Source: Camelus dromedarius (lineage: Eukaryota). From it: a DNA stretch of 64,000 nt. Below, in pieces: positions 12,920-25,839 of this stretch (positions are counted from its first letter, which is position 1; each line of letters begins with the position of its first letter). The notes beneath the pieces are model-generated. The model had not been told where the DNA came from. It saw only the letters and a program-made list of their open reading frames with translations, and searched no databases. The position numbers were made by a program, and so were the translations under genes. The stretch is taken from contig NC_087436.1 in the NCBI RefSeq assembly GCF_036321535.1, positions 55,554,001-55,618,000 on the forward strand, written 5' to 3'.

Positions 12920-13650
12920 TAATTTATTCATTTACGACAAGTATTTGATATCTTTTCTTCATTTTTTTTGTTGGTCAGATAGTGAACACACATTTATGGA
13001 AAACCTAACATGTACCAGGGCTGGTGATAAATCAGACAATAAATTAAAAAAAAATTCCTGTAGTCATAGAGCCTGGGTCCTAGCAGGGAAGGCAGACGAT
13101 AAAAGTCAATTATACAATTGTTAAAAAATGGAAAACATCATGGGGGAAAGAAAGTACCAGCAGGGTTAGGGGGCGGGAGGGAGTGGGGAAGGCTGCGAGT
13201 GGAGTAGAACTGCAAATCCATGAAGCGGCTGAAAGAAGGCTCCCTGCAAATGTGACATCTGAGCTCAGTCTTGAAGTGAGGAGTTCACCACATGAGTGGC
13301 TGGGGGAAAGCACTCTGGGAGGAAGAAGAATTCACACCCAGGCCACAAGGTGGGAATGTGCTTGGCTTATTCAAGAAGCAATCAGAAGACGCTGTGGCTG
13401 GAACAGAGTGCGTGAGGGGGAGAATATGGAAGTACAGAAGATGGGCACACAGAAACACCAGGGAGAGATTAAAAAGGGTTTTGGGGGGCTCCTGATAAGG
13501 ATTGTGGCATTGGTTTTAAGGAAAAGAGGAGCCACTGAAAAGAGCTTGAAGAGAAGATGCTCTGACTTCCTTTTGACCCTGTTGAAGAAGGGGCAAGGTG
13601 GGAGGTCAAAACTCAATTGGGAGGGTTGCAATAACCCAGGCTGAAGAAAT
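12920..13650 (-). mobile_element. LINE-2 fragment
   Basis: ttattcatttacgacaagtatttg...catttatgg...tgtaccaggg...gtgacatctgagctcagtcttgaag. Confidence 0.75.
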
Positions 13651-15999
13651 AGGCATGTACAAAATAATGAACAAACACAGTCTGTGCCCTTAAGGCATTC
13701 TTGGTAGAAATCAGAGGCACAAGCAAATGTAATTGTATTGTAGACTGTTGGTTACATGTAATAACTAACAGGTGTACTCAGAACAGACATTGGCACCAGG
13801 AGAGAACGATCAATTGTAATTGGGTGGTGGATCCACATGATTGGGTTCTTCACAAAAAAGGAGACAAAATTTCTCCTGTTTAGAAAAATAATATTTGCAT
13901 TATACAAACAAAAATTGACTTTTGTTAAATGGTACATCAATTTTCTCAAATATTAAATCAAAATTGCTATTAAACTTACAGAAGGGGTGGGCATCAAAAG
14001 CTTATATGACATTCCAGATTGTATAATTTGGAAAATTGCTAAAGTTAGTGTGTTTTGTCTTCTTTTTAATAGATCATTTGTTTCCAAAAAGGCTTGTTAA
14101 AGTAAAAACAAACAAATAAAAAAATTCCTTAGCTCTCTATATTCAAGATGTAACTTTTCAAATACAGAGCATTAGATATACTCTAAAGACAGGATGACCT
14201 ATTTTCCCTGCTTATTTTTTTACATATTTTCCCCTTTATTTGTCTTTTTAGTATCTCCCTTCCTTTTTGAGGTCTTTTTTCTTCTTGAGCAGCCTCAAGA
14301 TACATACCAATAATTCAGACTTGCAAATATTTACAAAAGATTAAGCAGGCTGTAGGAGATGTCAACCAACCCACATTTCACAGGAGGGAAAACATTGTAA
14401 AGAATATAAATTCCATGAATTGCATGAATTATTGCTTATTGTAAGTTACCATTGAAAAGACTCCATAATTCATTGGTTTCTTATTGAAAACGTACTAATT
14501 CAACCGCAGTAGATGCTAATGTGTTGAACTGCGAAAGTCAAGAGCTGTTCTGTGGTTTTCAAAATGCAAAACTGAAAGAATTAAATTAAAAGCAATTGCA
14601 TTTTATTTTCAAATAATGTCATTCATAGTCAAAGCGTCTAATTCTATTGAAGTAGATAAGGTTATGTTATAAACTATATAACATTCATAAATATATTTAA
14701 CATACATTATAAAATACTAGTCACAGCCAATAAGTTAGATGTTACCTTATGACTCATTTCCAAGCACTCAGAGAAACATCCATTACAAAACTGGTCCTAA
14801 AAGAGGACGAAATTTAGAAGTTTGAAATTACAACTTACACGAACCACTTATCCTAGACTTTCAAATACAAACAACCCATCTAGATATTATAGAACATTTT
14901 ACTTGTTTATATATATATATATATGCATTACTAATTACATATTTATATAGGCTTTCATATAAATATAATATAAATGTATATCATGATATTTTGCTCATCA
15001 GTGAGTAATTGCGTCTAATATTCAGGTTTCTATGAAAACATTTTCCATCTAATTATCCTTTATCATTTACCTTGAGTATAATTTGTGATTTTTTAATAGC
15101 AAAAAAGGAGAAATCAGTAATTTCACTCAGAAAAAAATAACAAAATGAAGCTATTAAACATCTTCATATAAATTAATCATTTCCAGTGGTAAAATGGTCT
15201 TGCTTATTATTAGCTCCCTTGAAATAGTCAATCGCATAGTATATCTTAAGTCCAAATAGGACTCAGGGGAAAAAAACTCTTTTCATGGAAAGAAGCTTTG
15301 GTTCTAAAAATCCTTATCACATGTATCAGATCTCAGGTAAATATATAAGTAACTTACTGTGTTTAGGAAAACAGCTATTCACAGATTATTTTTAAAGAAT
15401 TCAATGCCTTTGTGCAATAGTGGATATGATTCAAGCATCTTCATACGTGTCATTCAGCACTGCTGGACAGGGTGAACATTTTTGTAAATAGCATTATGAC
15501 TGGAGAAAGACATCTCAATTAGAAAATAATTTAAACATCTTTGCATTTCCACATCTGTGTCCTCTTGAATGAGAATGTCCGCTTGCTCCAATCTGTCTTT
15601 TAAAGGCTACTGTTGAAAGGTCAGTTAAGAAAAATAGATCTACTTGACAGGCATAAGAACCATGTTGATTAAGGCTGCCTAGAACTTGTGTTACCACTGC
15701 AATGGTAACTGCTACCAAGAATGCAAAAGTGATAGCCAAAGAGTAGAATCAACTTTCTTCTATTAAGAAAAATCCTTGATAAGATAATTGACGTAAGAGA
15801 AGTTAAGATCAAGGCAAAGCTTTGTTATATTACCAGAATATATCTCTTTTAACTCTGAAAATTGCCAAATTAAAAAATAATTTTCTTCAATTAAATTAGC
15901 TTTTCTGATTTTCTTTTCATTTAAACAATTACCAAAACTCCCCAAACCCCATATATTTATATTAGAATTTTAATAGTTTGATAGGAAAAAAATCAAGTT

Positions 16000-16165
16000 T
16001 TTGTTTAATGGATGAGAGTTTTTGTTTGGGATGATGAAAAAGTTTTAAAAATTCATACTGGTGGTGATTTTACAACATTGTAAGTGTACTTGACAACGGT
16101 GAATTGTGTACTTAAAAATGGTTAAAATGGCAAAAAAGAAAAGAAATGTTTACCACACACAAGAA
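16000..16165 (+). mobile_element. L1MB-like 3' end
   Basis: gtttgggatgatgaaaaagtttt...ggtgattttacaacattgt...gaattgtgtacttaaaaatggttaaaatgg. Confidence 0.85.
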
Positions 16166-17912
16166 CAGTAAGGTATATACAGGGATAAAATTAAAAAAGG
16201 GACTTTTCAACCTTCTCTAATAATGCCTGTTTAAAATTAAGAAAACAAAATGTAGATAAGAAAGTATTTTCTTTCAGTGCATTGGTATTCGTTTATACAC
16301 TACAGAAGTGTCATTTTATTTATAATACATATTAGCTTTCTTGATTTGCATTTACAGGTGCTGACGTCTATTTTAGTCTCGAATGCAGAAATACAGAAAG
16401 AAGAAGGGGGTGAGGGGAGAGAGGAAGGAAGGAAGGAAAAGAGAAAAAGAAAAAAATCCCTCTTGTTTTTCCTGTCTATTTATTGGCAATGTGAAAATTC
16501 TGCTTGCAGATCTGCTGAAACTAATAATAATTCTGCTTTGTAGACAATGTTTGAATCACTTTCAAGGTAAGTGCAGTTATGTATTTCTAAAGCTGAGCAC
16601 ATTAATTAGGGTAAGAGAACATTAGCACTTCAGCAATCTCTCTTGATTACTATGAAAGGTTTTCCCATATATATCATAAATTGACAATAATTAGGAAGAA
16701 GTCTTACAGGAAGAGGAGGCATTAAAACCTGGGAGATAGTAAGTGGCTCAAAAATAAAAGAAAAAAGAAATGCTGGCCTTAATTGCTTACAGAAGAAAAG
16801 GTGTTGTTCAAAATAGATATACCAAGATAACCTAAAAAGTAAAGGTGCATATGTTTCAATACAATGTAGAAAAATTTAGTGTTTTTTCCCTTAGTCCTAG
16901 ACCTGCTTTGCAAGATAAGAAAGAAGGCAGGAGAAAGAGTAATAGTCAGAGAGGTCAATGACCTAAGAATGTATTGGTGATTTCTCTACTAAAAGAACAA
17001 AAACATGACCCTTGACTGAAAGAACATAGCATCTAGTTAGCTACCTAAGAAGTAAAGACATTAGGCAACTATAGAACTTAATAAATTTTGTGAAAGACAA
17101 GAATTGAAAAATGTGCTAGACATGAGATGGCTCCAGGAGACCAGTGCCTTCTTTTTCCAGCCTTAATTTTTCATGAAAGAACTTTGTTTTCTCTATGATC
17201 TCAAGACACAAATACATATGGAAGTGGTATAAAAAGGGGCACATATGTATGACAGCAGAATGCGTAATATGTATTTTATTTTTTATTAAATATACATGCA
17301 CACAGTTTTCAGAAATCAGAGTATTATTAGGTTGACGGGGAAAAAGTTTAATTACCACACCTCCTTGCTCCTTGACTCTCTACCTTCTAGCCTTACTCTC
17401 CAGAAGCAGTCATTTTACATTCTTTTGGTTGTGTTTTATGTTTTTTATCTCCATGACTAAATTACAATTTCAAAAATTCTTGGTTTATCAATTTAGGCAG
17501 CATCTACTGATGGTCACTGTGGTCATGGACATTTAGCTCATATGACAAGTTCCATATAATTGCCCTATTTTTCCTGTATATTCATATCTCAGCTTTTGGT
17601 TAGATCAATATTAAATTTCTATTATGAAAACTTAGTATTAGTTATTTCTGAGACAAGTAGTATACTAAATTATACTTTTTTTTTGTTTTTACTGGATTTA
17701 TAACCAACTTTTATTATTTACTGATATATTTTATAGCATATAATGGGAAACTAATAGTATTTAACCAAAGAAGGAAATTATGAAATATTCTGTGCCTATA
17801 GTAATAATATGTAAAACTGAGTGGGGCTAGATTAAAAGGAAGTAACTTTTGTATAACTTTTCACTCATGTTTGATAAGCAGTTTCCACAACTTAGAAATT
17901 GATATAGAATGA

Positions 17913-18366
17913 TGTCTTAGATTGTGTTTCTCCAGAAGTGAAACCTGAATGCAAGTAGTTTACCAGAGAGGGGATCCCGGGGAGCACTTGTAGGGGAATG
18001 GATAAACAGCACAGGGGAGAAAGGGATCCAGTGCAGGACCAGTGATGAGCAGGGTACCATTTTATGCAACTGAGGCTCAGTTCCAGAGAGAGCTTTTGGG
18101 AGACTGCATGGAAAATCTTCAAAGTTGCCTCACTCAGGGCTAAAATGTTGGGAAATTTATTCACCAACTGCTATCAGTTAGTGGATGGGAGCTACTCCCA
18201 GGAAAATTAACATCCCAGTACTTCTGACGTGCTTCCACAGGGCCGAGTGCTCTCCAGTGGCCAGAGTGCCCTGCAAGCAGTCACAAGCACTTGCAGCAGA
18301 AGTCTGCTGGGTGAGCACACACAGGAACAGTGAGTGCAAAAGGAAATAAATGAAGCAGCAGCAACA
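17913..18366 (-). mobile_element. ERVL LTR16-like solo LTR
   Basis: tgtcttagattgtgtttctccagaag...tgcaagtagttta...gatcccggggagcac resembles antisense LTR16. Confidence 0.7.
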
Positions 18367-18388
18367 CCTGCTTCCCTCCCCTGCCTTC

Positions 18389-19328
18389 TGTGAGATAATG
18401 GAAAGTACATAGTACAGGTCTCTGCCCCAAGTTCCTGAAACCCTTGTAATTTCCTAAGTGATAAGAGCACTAGGAACATCATTTGTTCTAATATCTGGTC
18501 TTTGACCTGGTCCCTGACACAGAGCTCCTAAAGCCCTTGGAATTTCTTGAATGGTAGAAATGCTTTTGTTCTAATGAGACATCTCTGGGTGGGCTCCTGG
18601 ATGGAGACAGGTCACCAGAAAGATCAAACTGTACTAAGAAGTTTGGAATTTTCAGCCCGACCCTCCTCACTTCTCCAGAGGGGAGAGGTGCTGGAAACAG
18701 AGGTAATAATTGACCATGCCTATCTGATGCAGGCTCCAAAAAAAAAAAAAAAAAAACCAATATGTACCATAAGTACAATGTGTACTGAGGTTTGGAGAGA
18801 TCTAGTTTGGTGAACAGTCACATACCAGTAGGGTGACATATCCTAAATCCACAGGTACAGATGCTTCTGTGCTCAGGACCCTCCAAGACCTCACCCTCTG
18901 TATCTCTTCATGTGGCTGTTCATCTGTATCCTTTATCATATGCTTTAAAAAACCGGTAAAGATAAGTACTTCCCTGAGTTCTATGTGCTTTTCTATAGCA
19001 AATTAATGGAATACAAGATGGGGGTCTTGGGAACCTCAGATTTATAGCCAACGGGTCAGAAGCACAGCTGTCAACCTGGACTTGATTGACATCTGAAGTG
19101 GGATGGGAGCGGTCTTGTGGGACTGAGTCCTTATCCTGTGGGAACTGATATGTCTCCAGGTAGGTAGTGTCAGGATTCCATTAAATTGCAGGACACACAA
19201 CTGGTGCTGCAGAGTATTGCTTGGTGGGGAAAACGGCCCTCACACCCACGTCCAAAGTGCTGTGAGCCTGGTAACAGTGTGGGAACGAAGGGGAAACACA
19301 GGAGGAGGACTGAGCTTTCCCCAGGACA
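18389..19328 (+). mobile_element. MER21-family LTR
   Basis: tgtgagata...cctgacacagagctcctaaagcccttggaattt...tggctgttcatctgtatcctt...ggtcttgtgggactgag...ggaca; TSD ccttc/cctcc. Confidence 0.85.
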
Positions 19329-19507
19329 CCTCCACGTCAGCATCAGTAGAAGTGAAGTGGTGAAATGAGGGCTCTAACTGCTCCTCAAAGACCCCTGCCT
19401 CTCTCTCTCTCTCTCACCTATGATACTCGGCCCCACAAAACAGCCTGTACGGAGATGGTCCCTCTAAAACTCATTCCATTATTCATCTCTGTTTACTTTA
19501 GACGTCA

Positions 19508-19916
19508 CACGTCAGTTCGCTCAAGACAAACAAAACGCCATAGACTGGGTGGTTTAAATTACAGAAATTTATTTCACACAGTTCTGGGGTCTGGGAAGTT
19601 CAAGATCAAGGTGCCAACCAATTCAATTCATAATGACGTCTCTCTTTCTGCTCGTAGATGGTTGCCTTATTGCTGAGCTCTCACTTGGCGGAGACAGAAA
19701 GACAGAGACAGACAGAGCTCACTGGGTCTCTTATAAGGACACTGATTCTAACGGATCAGGGTTCTAGCCCTACACCTCATGCAACCTTACTTACACTATA
19801 AAGGCCCTATCTTCAAATACTATCTTCAAGTTACGTTGAGGGTGCTGAGGCTTCAATATATCAACTTGGGGTGTAGTGTCAGGATTCCATTAAACAGGGA
19901 ATCTTCAGTCATAACA
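19508..19916 (-). mobile_element. MaLR solo LTR (MLT1A-like)
   Basis: ccatagactgggtggtttaaattacagaaatttatttcacacagttctgg...cagtcataaca; TSD cgtca/catca. Confidence 0.88.
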
Positions 19917-20604
19917 CATCATGAGAAATCTCATATTTCTAGATTATTCTTTATCACCAAGATTCTCATTCCGTAAGGATGTGTACACCCTCTATTCAAA
20001 CTCAGAATCAGTCCACTGTCTTTGAAATGTACCATTAATCATTAGAGAATCCCCATTTCCTAAACCTTTCTTCTGATGTTCCTTTTCTTATTCTCATTGA
20101 AAGCCTCCCTCCCTTACTGCAGAGTAAGGCCCAGCAGGCCCGCCACATCCCTGCACGTATTCGTGCTCTCACTCCTCTGCCTCGCTATTCTGTTCCTTCT
20201 CTGACTTCAAACCTGTAACCTGCACTTCCCCCTTTCTTTCTCCAGCTATTACAGTGATTTCAATTTCTATGAGAAAGTAGAGCAATCAGAAGACAACTTC
20301 CACGTATGTCTGACACCACATCTGCCAGCCTCCCTGTTGTGTATCCACCTGTGTTTTTCCCTCCTGATAACCTGGAAGAACTGTCTTCACGCGAAGGTAA
20401 GTAGGAAAAGCCAGCTCCTTCTCGCCTGCAGGATGCCAGCTATCCCAGACTACCACTCCAGCAATTCTGTCTCTCACATCAGTTTTCCCGCTTACTGTTC
20501 CATCTCCATCCAATATCTCTAGTTGAAAATACATATATGCATATGCGTGTGTATGTATACATTGATACGTGTACAGTATATATGTACAGTAATATGTATG
20601 TATT

Positions 20605-20878
20605 TGCCTTAGTCCATTCAGGCTATAACAAAAATACCACAGACTGGGTCGCTTAAACAACAGGAGTTTATTTCTTGGGAAGTCCAAGATCAAGGCACTG
20701 GCAGATTCGCTGTCTAGTGAGATCCAGTTTCCTGGTTCTGTCTTTGTGTCTTCACATGGGTGGAAGGGGCAAGGGAGACCTCTGGGGTCTCCTTTATAAG
20801 ACCTCACCTCCAAGTACCATGATGTGATTGGTTTCAACATACGAATTTTGGGGGTAAGATAAACATTCAGTCTGTGCA
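20605..20878 (-). mobile_element. MaLR solo LTR (MLT1A-like, internally deleted) within a TA/TG-rich tract
   Basis: tgccttagtccattcaggctataacaaaataccacagactggg...aacattcagtctgtgca. Confidence 0.85.
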
Positions 20879-21049
20879 ATATGTATATATTATACCTGTA
20901 TTTGTGTGTGTGTGTGTATTTATACACATCTACATCTACATAGCCTTTACAAATGTATATTAATATGTATACATGTTTAGATAGGTGTTAAAAATAACAT
21001 GTGCTGTCACCCATGTTAGTATAAATGTTAATTTCAAAAATTGACCTTG

Positions 21050-22560
21050 TATCATCTTTGAGCTACTGCCCTATTTCTCTTCCTCCTTTCAGCAAACTAC
21101 TAAAGCATTGTTTATCTATTGTCAGGATTTCTTTACTTCCCACTCTCACTTAAACTCAGTTTCACCAGACTTTTTGATACTGTATGCTCATGCTTCGTAT
21201 TTACTTCTCTCAAACTCAAATAATAGTATAAACATGTTAAAGAAGAAATAGATGATGTTTCAGCGAAGATAAGTTGGATAAATTTAACAAAAGCAACTTC
21301 CTGCTCTTGAAACTGTATCTTTTGCCCTTTGCAGTATCCAGTTCTCCCTTGTTCAGCCTTTCCAAACTCCCCCTCTGCTACAGCTTACCTTCCATGCTAA
21401 AGGTCATGGGCATGTTTTTGGCATGCGTTCTACCTAAACTCTCTGTATCCTGTGCTACTTTTAGCTCCCTGTTTTTGCTTGGACCCCGGAAAATCATATT
21501 CTCTTATTTCTACTCATTCTTTCTAACACCTGTTTCTCATTCTCTTTCACTGGCTCATTTCCAGTATTATCCCCCTAAGTAGTAATCTGATATCCTACAC
21601 TCTTATTCTCTGCCCTCTCCCCTTAGTATTCACTAGATAATTTCATTTATTTTCAATCATTCCCTATCTCTTCCTTCCATTAACTCTCAAATATCCACCT
21701 TTCAAATTTGACTTTCTGCTGAGCTACAGACTTACACTTTTAGTTTTGTATTAAGGTTTTGTTTTTTTAATTTTCCTGATTTATCATTTTTAAATATCAA
21801 CTCAACCTCCCTCTTATACATACTCACCTTCTACCTTCTGCTTTGAATCAAGGACTCACTATCCATCCGTCCAGTAACAGACCATCTAAATCATACTCAA
21901 AGTAATTCAAAATTATTATTTAAACCTCTCTAGAATCACTTCTCTCCTCTTCATTACAACTGCTTCTCCTCTCTGTAGGTTCCCCTCATTCCTCACAAGG
22001 ATTATAATAATGGTTTCCTAACTGCATTAACCATTGAAATGACAGCTCCACACGGCAACCCAACCTGTCATTTTAAACTAATGATCTGGTCAAACACCCC
22101 CTTGTTTTAAACATCCCCAGCTCCCAGCTGATTCTAGAATAAGAATGCAAACTCTCTCACTTGAGAAATAAAGTCTTGCCCAACTCTTTTCTTGGCTTGA
22201 CTCCTTTCTCTCATTCAGCTTTGCCTCTAGCCTCTCCTACCCTTGTCCCCTATGTTCACACCAGCCCAAACCCCAGTCCTTCCTCACCTATCCCCAGGCC
22301 CTTTGCATCTGTGATTTTGTTATATTTTTCCCTCTGATCTGAGTGTTCTTCTGAACCCTTCTCCTCCCAAACCTCTTTCAACACCCAAGTGACTAATAAC
22401 TCTTAATGCAAAAGTGTGAAGGAATCTTAATTAAGGCTGGAAGAGAGGTCAGAATGAAGAATAATTTTGCCATCTATGTTCCTGAAGCACTGCACATCCA
22501 TCTATTACAGCATTTATTGAATCACTTATTAGTTATAAACTTATCCCAAGTTTAATACCC
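21050..22560 (+). mobile_element. LINE-2, fragmented
   Basis: Pyrimidine-rich sense L2 body (aactctcaaatatcc...ttctgctgagctacagactt; aatgatctggtcaaacacccccttgttttaaac; ccccaggccctttgcatctg). Confidence 0.65.
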
Positions 22561-22599
22561 TCATATTTAGCAAGAACATCCTAATCACTCTTTGACACG

Positions 22600-22815
22600 C
22601 ATGAACTCGGAGTCCTAAAACCTAAGTTTATATCTTAGTTCTGCTGTTGACCAGTACTGTAATCAAAAGCTAATCTCTTAACTTTGCTTCTCCCGTTTCT
22701 TCTCTGCCAGATTAAGATTATTATAACGTCTTTACTGCTTATTTTGAGAGTGATTTGGGATAATACATGTAAGGCTCCACAAATCACAGTATCTGCAAAT
22801 GTTGGTTCCCTTATT
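22600..22815 (+). mobile_element. MIR SINE
   Basis: ctcggagtc...acctaagttt...gataatacatgtaagg. Confidence 0.6.
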
Positions 22816-22894
22816 AGTTTCTTCCTGTCATTCCGAGCACCAAGCGCGGTGTCAGCACATAGGGAGTGCTAAATACATGAGTGTGAGTGAAACT

Positions 22895-23510
22895 ATATTT
22901 TTGCTATATTCACTGTATTCAAACCATCCCAAAACTTAATGGCTTAAAACAATGACAACTTTTATTTTGTTCCTGAATCTGTGATCTGGGCTGGGCTTGG
23001 GAACAGCTTGTCTGTATTCCACTCAGCATCGGGTAGGGTGAGCTGAAGCTTGAAAGGCTGAAATCATCTGCAGATTCCCCCATACACCTGCCTGGCATTT
23101 GATGCTGGACGTTGGCTTGGACCTCTGCTGGGGCTGGGGCCAGAACTTCTCCACTCCGGCATTTCATGTGGCTGCTTGGCTTCCTCACAGCACAGTGAAT
23201 GGGTTCCAAAAACAAGTGTCCTGAGAGAGAGAGCCAAGAGGAAGCCATAGTGCTCTTATGATTTAGCCTGGAAACCAAGCAGCATCACTTCTGCCACATC
23301 CTGTTAGTCAAAAGTGATGAAGTCTGGCCCATATTAAAGTAGAGGGGAATTAGACTTCACATTTTGATGGAAATAGTGTCAAATAATTTGCACATATATT
23401 TTCTTAATGGAGGTACTGGGTATTGAACCCAGGACTTCATGCAAGCTAAGCATGTGCTCTACCACTGAGCTATACTCTCCTCCCCACCCTGTACACGTTT
23501 TAAAACCATG
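22895..23510 (-). mobile_element. MaLR LTR (MLT1G/H-like), interrupted by a SINE
   Basis: aaaccatcccaaaacttaatggcttaaaacaa...gcatcacttctgccacatcctgttagtcaaa...aggggaattagactt. Confidence 0.8.
23398..23485 (-). mobile_element. Camelid tRNA-Ala-derived SINE (vic-1 type), short form
   Basis: Reverse complement ggggaggagagtatagctcagtggtagagcacatgcttagcttgcatgaagtcctgggttcaatacccagtacctccattaagaaaa, with Pol III A and B boxes. Confidence 0.85.
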
Positions 23511-23654
23511 TATTCCTCTACCAATCCGTGTTCGCATCTGTATCAGGCTGATATGTTGGCTATACAGTGAACCCATTTGACAGTATCAGGGTCCCAACAT
23601 ACAAATTAGGGATATAGTCAGGTAAAGGGAAAAACAAAACAGAAACAAAAAACA

Positions 23655-23865
23655 AACTCAGACCTTTGAATTCCAAAGACCTGGGTACAAATTCTGGATG
23701 TGCCCACCTACAAGCTAATAGAGCCTTAACTACAACCAAGTAACTTAACTTTTGAGCCTCAGTTTTTCCATCTCTAAAATGGGGATAATAATTTTTATAC
23801 AGCCAATTGCACAAAGTTTTGAGAACCAGAAGTAACTCATGTAGAGACATTATGTAAAGAATTCT
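23655..23865 (+). mobile_element. MIR SINE
   Basis: caagtaacttaacttttgagcctcagtttttccatctctaaaatggggataata. Confidence 0.88.
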
Positions 23866-24629
23866 GTAATGCAGATAAAAGGCAAGTTACTGGAGTAGAG
23901 GTAGATGAGCAAAACCATTTTCATTTGACACAACAATAGTAATTACACTCTGATCTTTGTCAGATTTGCTTTCACCTGTTGGCAGTACAGACTCTGTTCT
24001 TTGATTTTTTTCCCCTGCATAAGAAATAAAATTTTTAAAAGGCCACCACTTTTACCTAGGTACCAGGAAAGTTAATTAGCTCTTGATGTGAGATGTTTTG
24101 CAAGTATCCATTGCAGTAGTACATATACCAGCCCAGTGATTCACTCCACATTCAGGCATGTATTTCTAGAAAGTAACAGCAAGTGACATTTTACAATCTA
24201 AGCTTGTTCTGTTTAAAAAAATGGATTCTAGGTTTATAGAAAATGTCAACATCAAAGAAAATATCTGACATTTAAACAACCAAGAACCTCAATACCCAGT
24301 ATATAAGAGGAAAAGGATGACTAATGTGTGTACTCTGAACCATATATTACATTTTTCATCCTTGCATTTACATAGCTTGTTTTCTCAAAACCACTTCAAT
24401 TTCCCATGATTTCTCAGCTAAAGTATATTATCCCCTTTTAGTCATCTTTATATGGAATTCTTCCTCACTTAATCTATAATGTACTTGATGTTTTCCACTC
24501 CTTTATCTATCCACATATGACCATATGATACAATACTGGCAATGGGCCAGTTAATTAAAATGCTGATGGATCTACAAAAGAAAATAGTCTATGTATTTGT
24601 TTGGACTGAGTTGGGAAATGCTTCTTCAG

Positions 24630-25005
24630 CATAAGACATGGTGGACAAAGTTAAAAGAGAAGCCCCAGCATGGGATGAAATATTTCAGATACATAACCAG
24701 CAAAGAATCTAAATCCAAAATATATGAAATAGTACCACAAATAAATGGTAAAAGGAAAAACCAAACCAAAAAAAAATGAGTGCAGAAAATGAAAAATTGA
24801 CAGAAGAAAAAAAAATCCAAATTGCCAATAAACACAGAAAAATATGCCCAGAATTACTAGAAGCAGGGGATAATGTATTAAAGCAATAAAGAAGTACCAT
24901 GTCATATTCATTAAATGGTCCAAGTTCTAAATGCTGGTCAAAGTACTAAGCTTAACACAATCAAGTTTTGCTACAGCTGCAGAAAATGAGTCTCATACAC
25001 CGCTT
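24630..25005 (+). mobile_element. L1ME-like ORF2 3' fragment
   Basis: aaagttaaaagagaagcc...tgggatgaaatattt...aatccaaaatatatgaa...aaattgccaataaacac. Confidence 0.7.
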
Positions 25006-25839
25006 CCTACTAACCTGCAATATTACACAGTGACAAGTGAGGATAAAAATATGCAGTTAAAAACAAATTAATATTTTAAGAAATAGCTCTTGCTAGTAAC
25101 TACGTCTGTTACAATCATTTGTCCAATAATAAAAGTTAATGGAATACATTCTATATATGACAGAGTCCACAGTAGCTTGTCCTAAATCGATGATGACTGG
25201 GCTGTAATAGTGAGAAAATGTGTGTAGAGGAATCTTTAAAATGTGGAGCACACAGTAAGTAGTCAATAAAAGGTAGATTTAATACTATTTTTTGAGGTTA
25301 TGAGCTAAGAGTTACAAAGGTCTGCATCATTGTATACAAGTCAGCTTATTATCATTCATAAAAAATACAGTAAGTGTGTAAATTCTGGAGATAGACTGAG
25401 TTATATTTCCAATCCTGCCCTATAAGATAATTTCTTTTAAGAAATGGATTCTTGCAGATGAATATAATTTCCAAAGACAGCTTGAAATATAGATTCACAA
25501 TGTGTTATATCTCTTATGACTTTTATGGAAATTAAGTGATGTGCTCTGGAAAAGTATGCTAGCCGATTCAAAAAGCATCTCAAGTGATCTGGATGGTATT
25601 AACGCCACAGATACTGACTAGAGAGTTTGAAATGAGAGAGTGGAATAAAGCAAAAATTCTAAGTTATTAGTTATGTAATATAATATATTGGTATACATGT
25701 CTATCTAAATTAACAAAAATACAACTACCTCACCACGAATGTGAAAAACATAATTAAAACTTTTTTTTTTCATGTATGTATCTGCCAAATTGGGAAGTGG
25801 AGAATAATCTTATTTTAAGTATTGACATATATTCTGACA

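Noticed and set aside
13183..13644. 153-aa ORF
   Set aside because: Lies entirely within an antisense L2; purine richness explains the lack of stops.
18410..18550. Internal direct repeat in MER21
   Set aside because: Probably a structural feature of the LTR subfamily rather than a locus-specific event.
20286..20927. Longest ORF (213 aa, minus strand)
   Set aside because: It runs through TA/TG simple repeats and an MLT1A LTR; no domain is recognisable.
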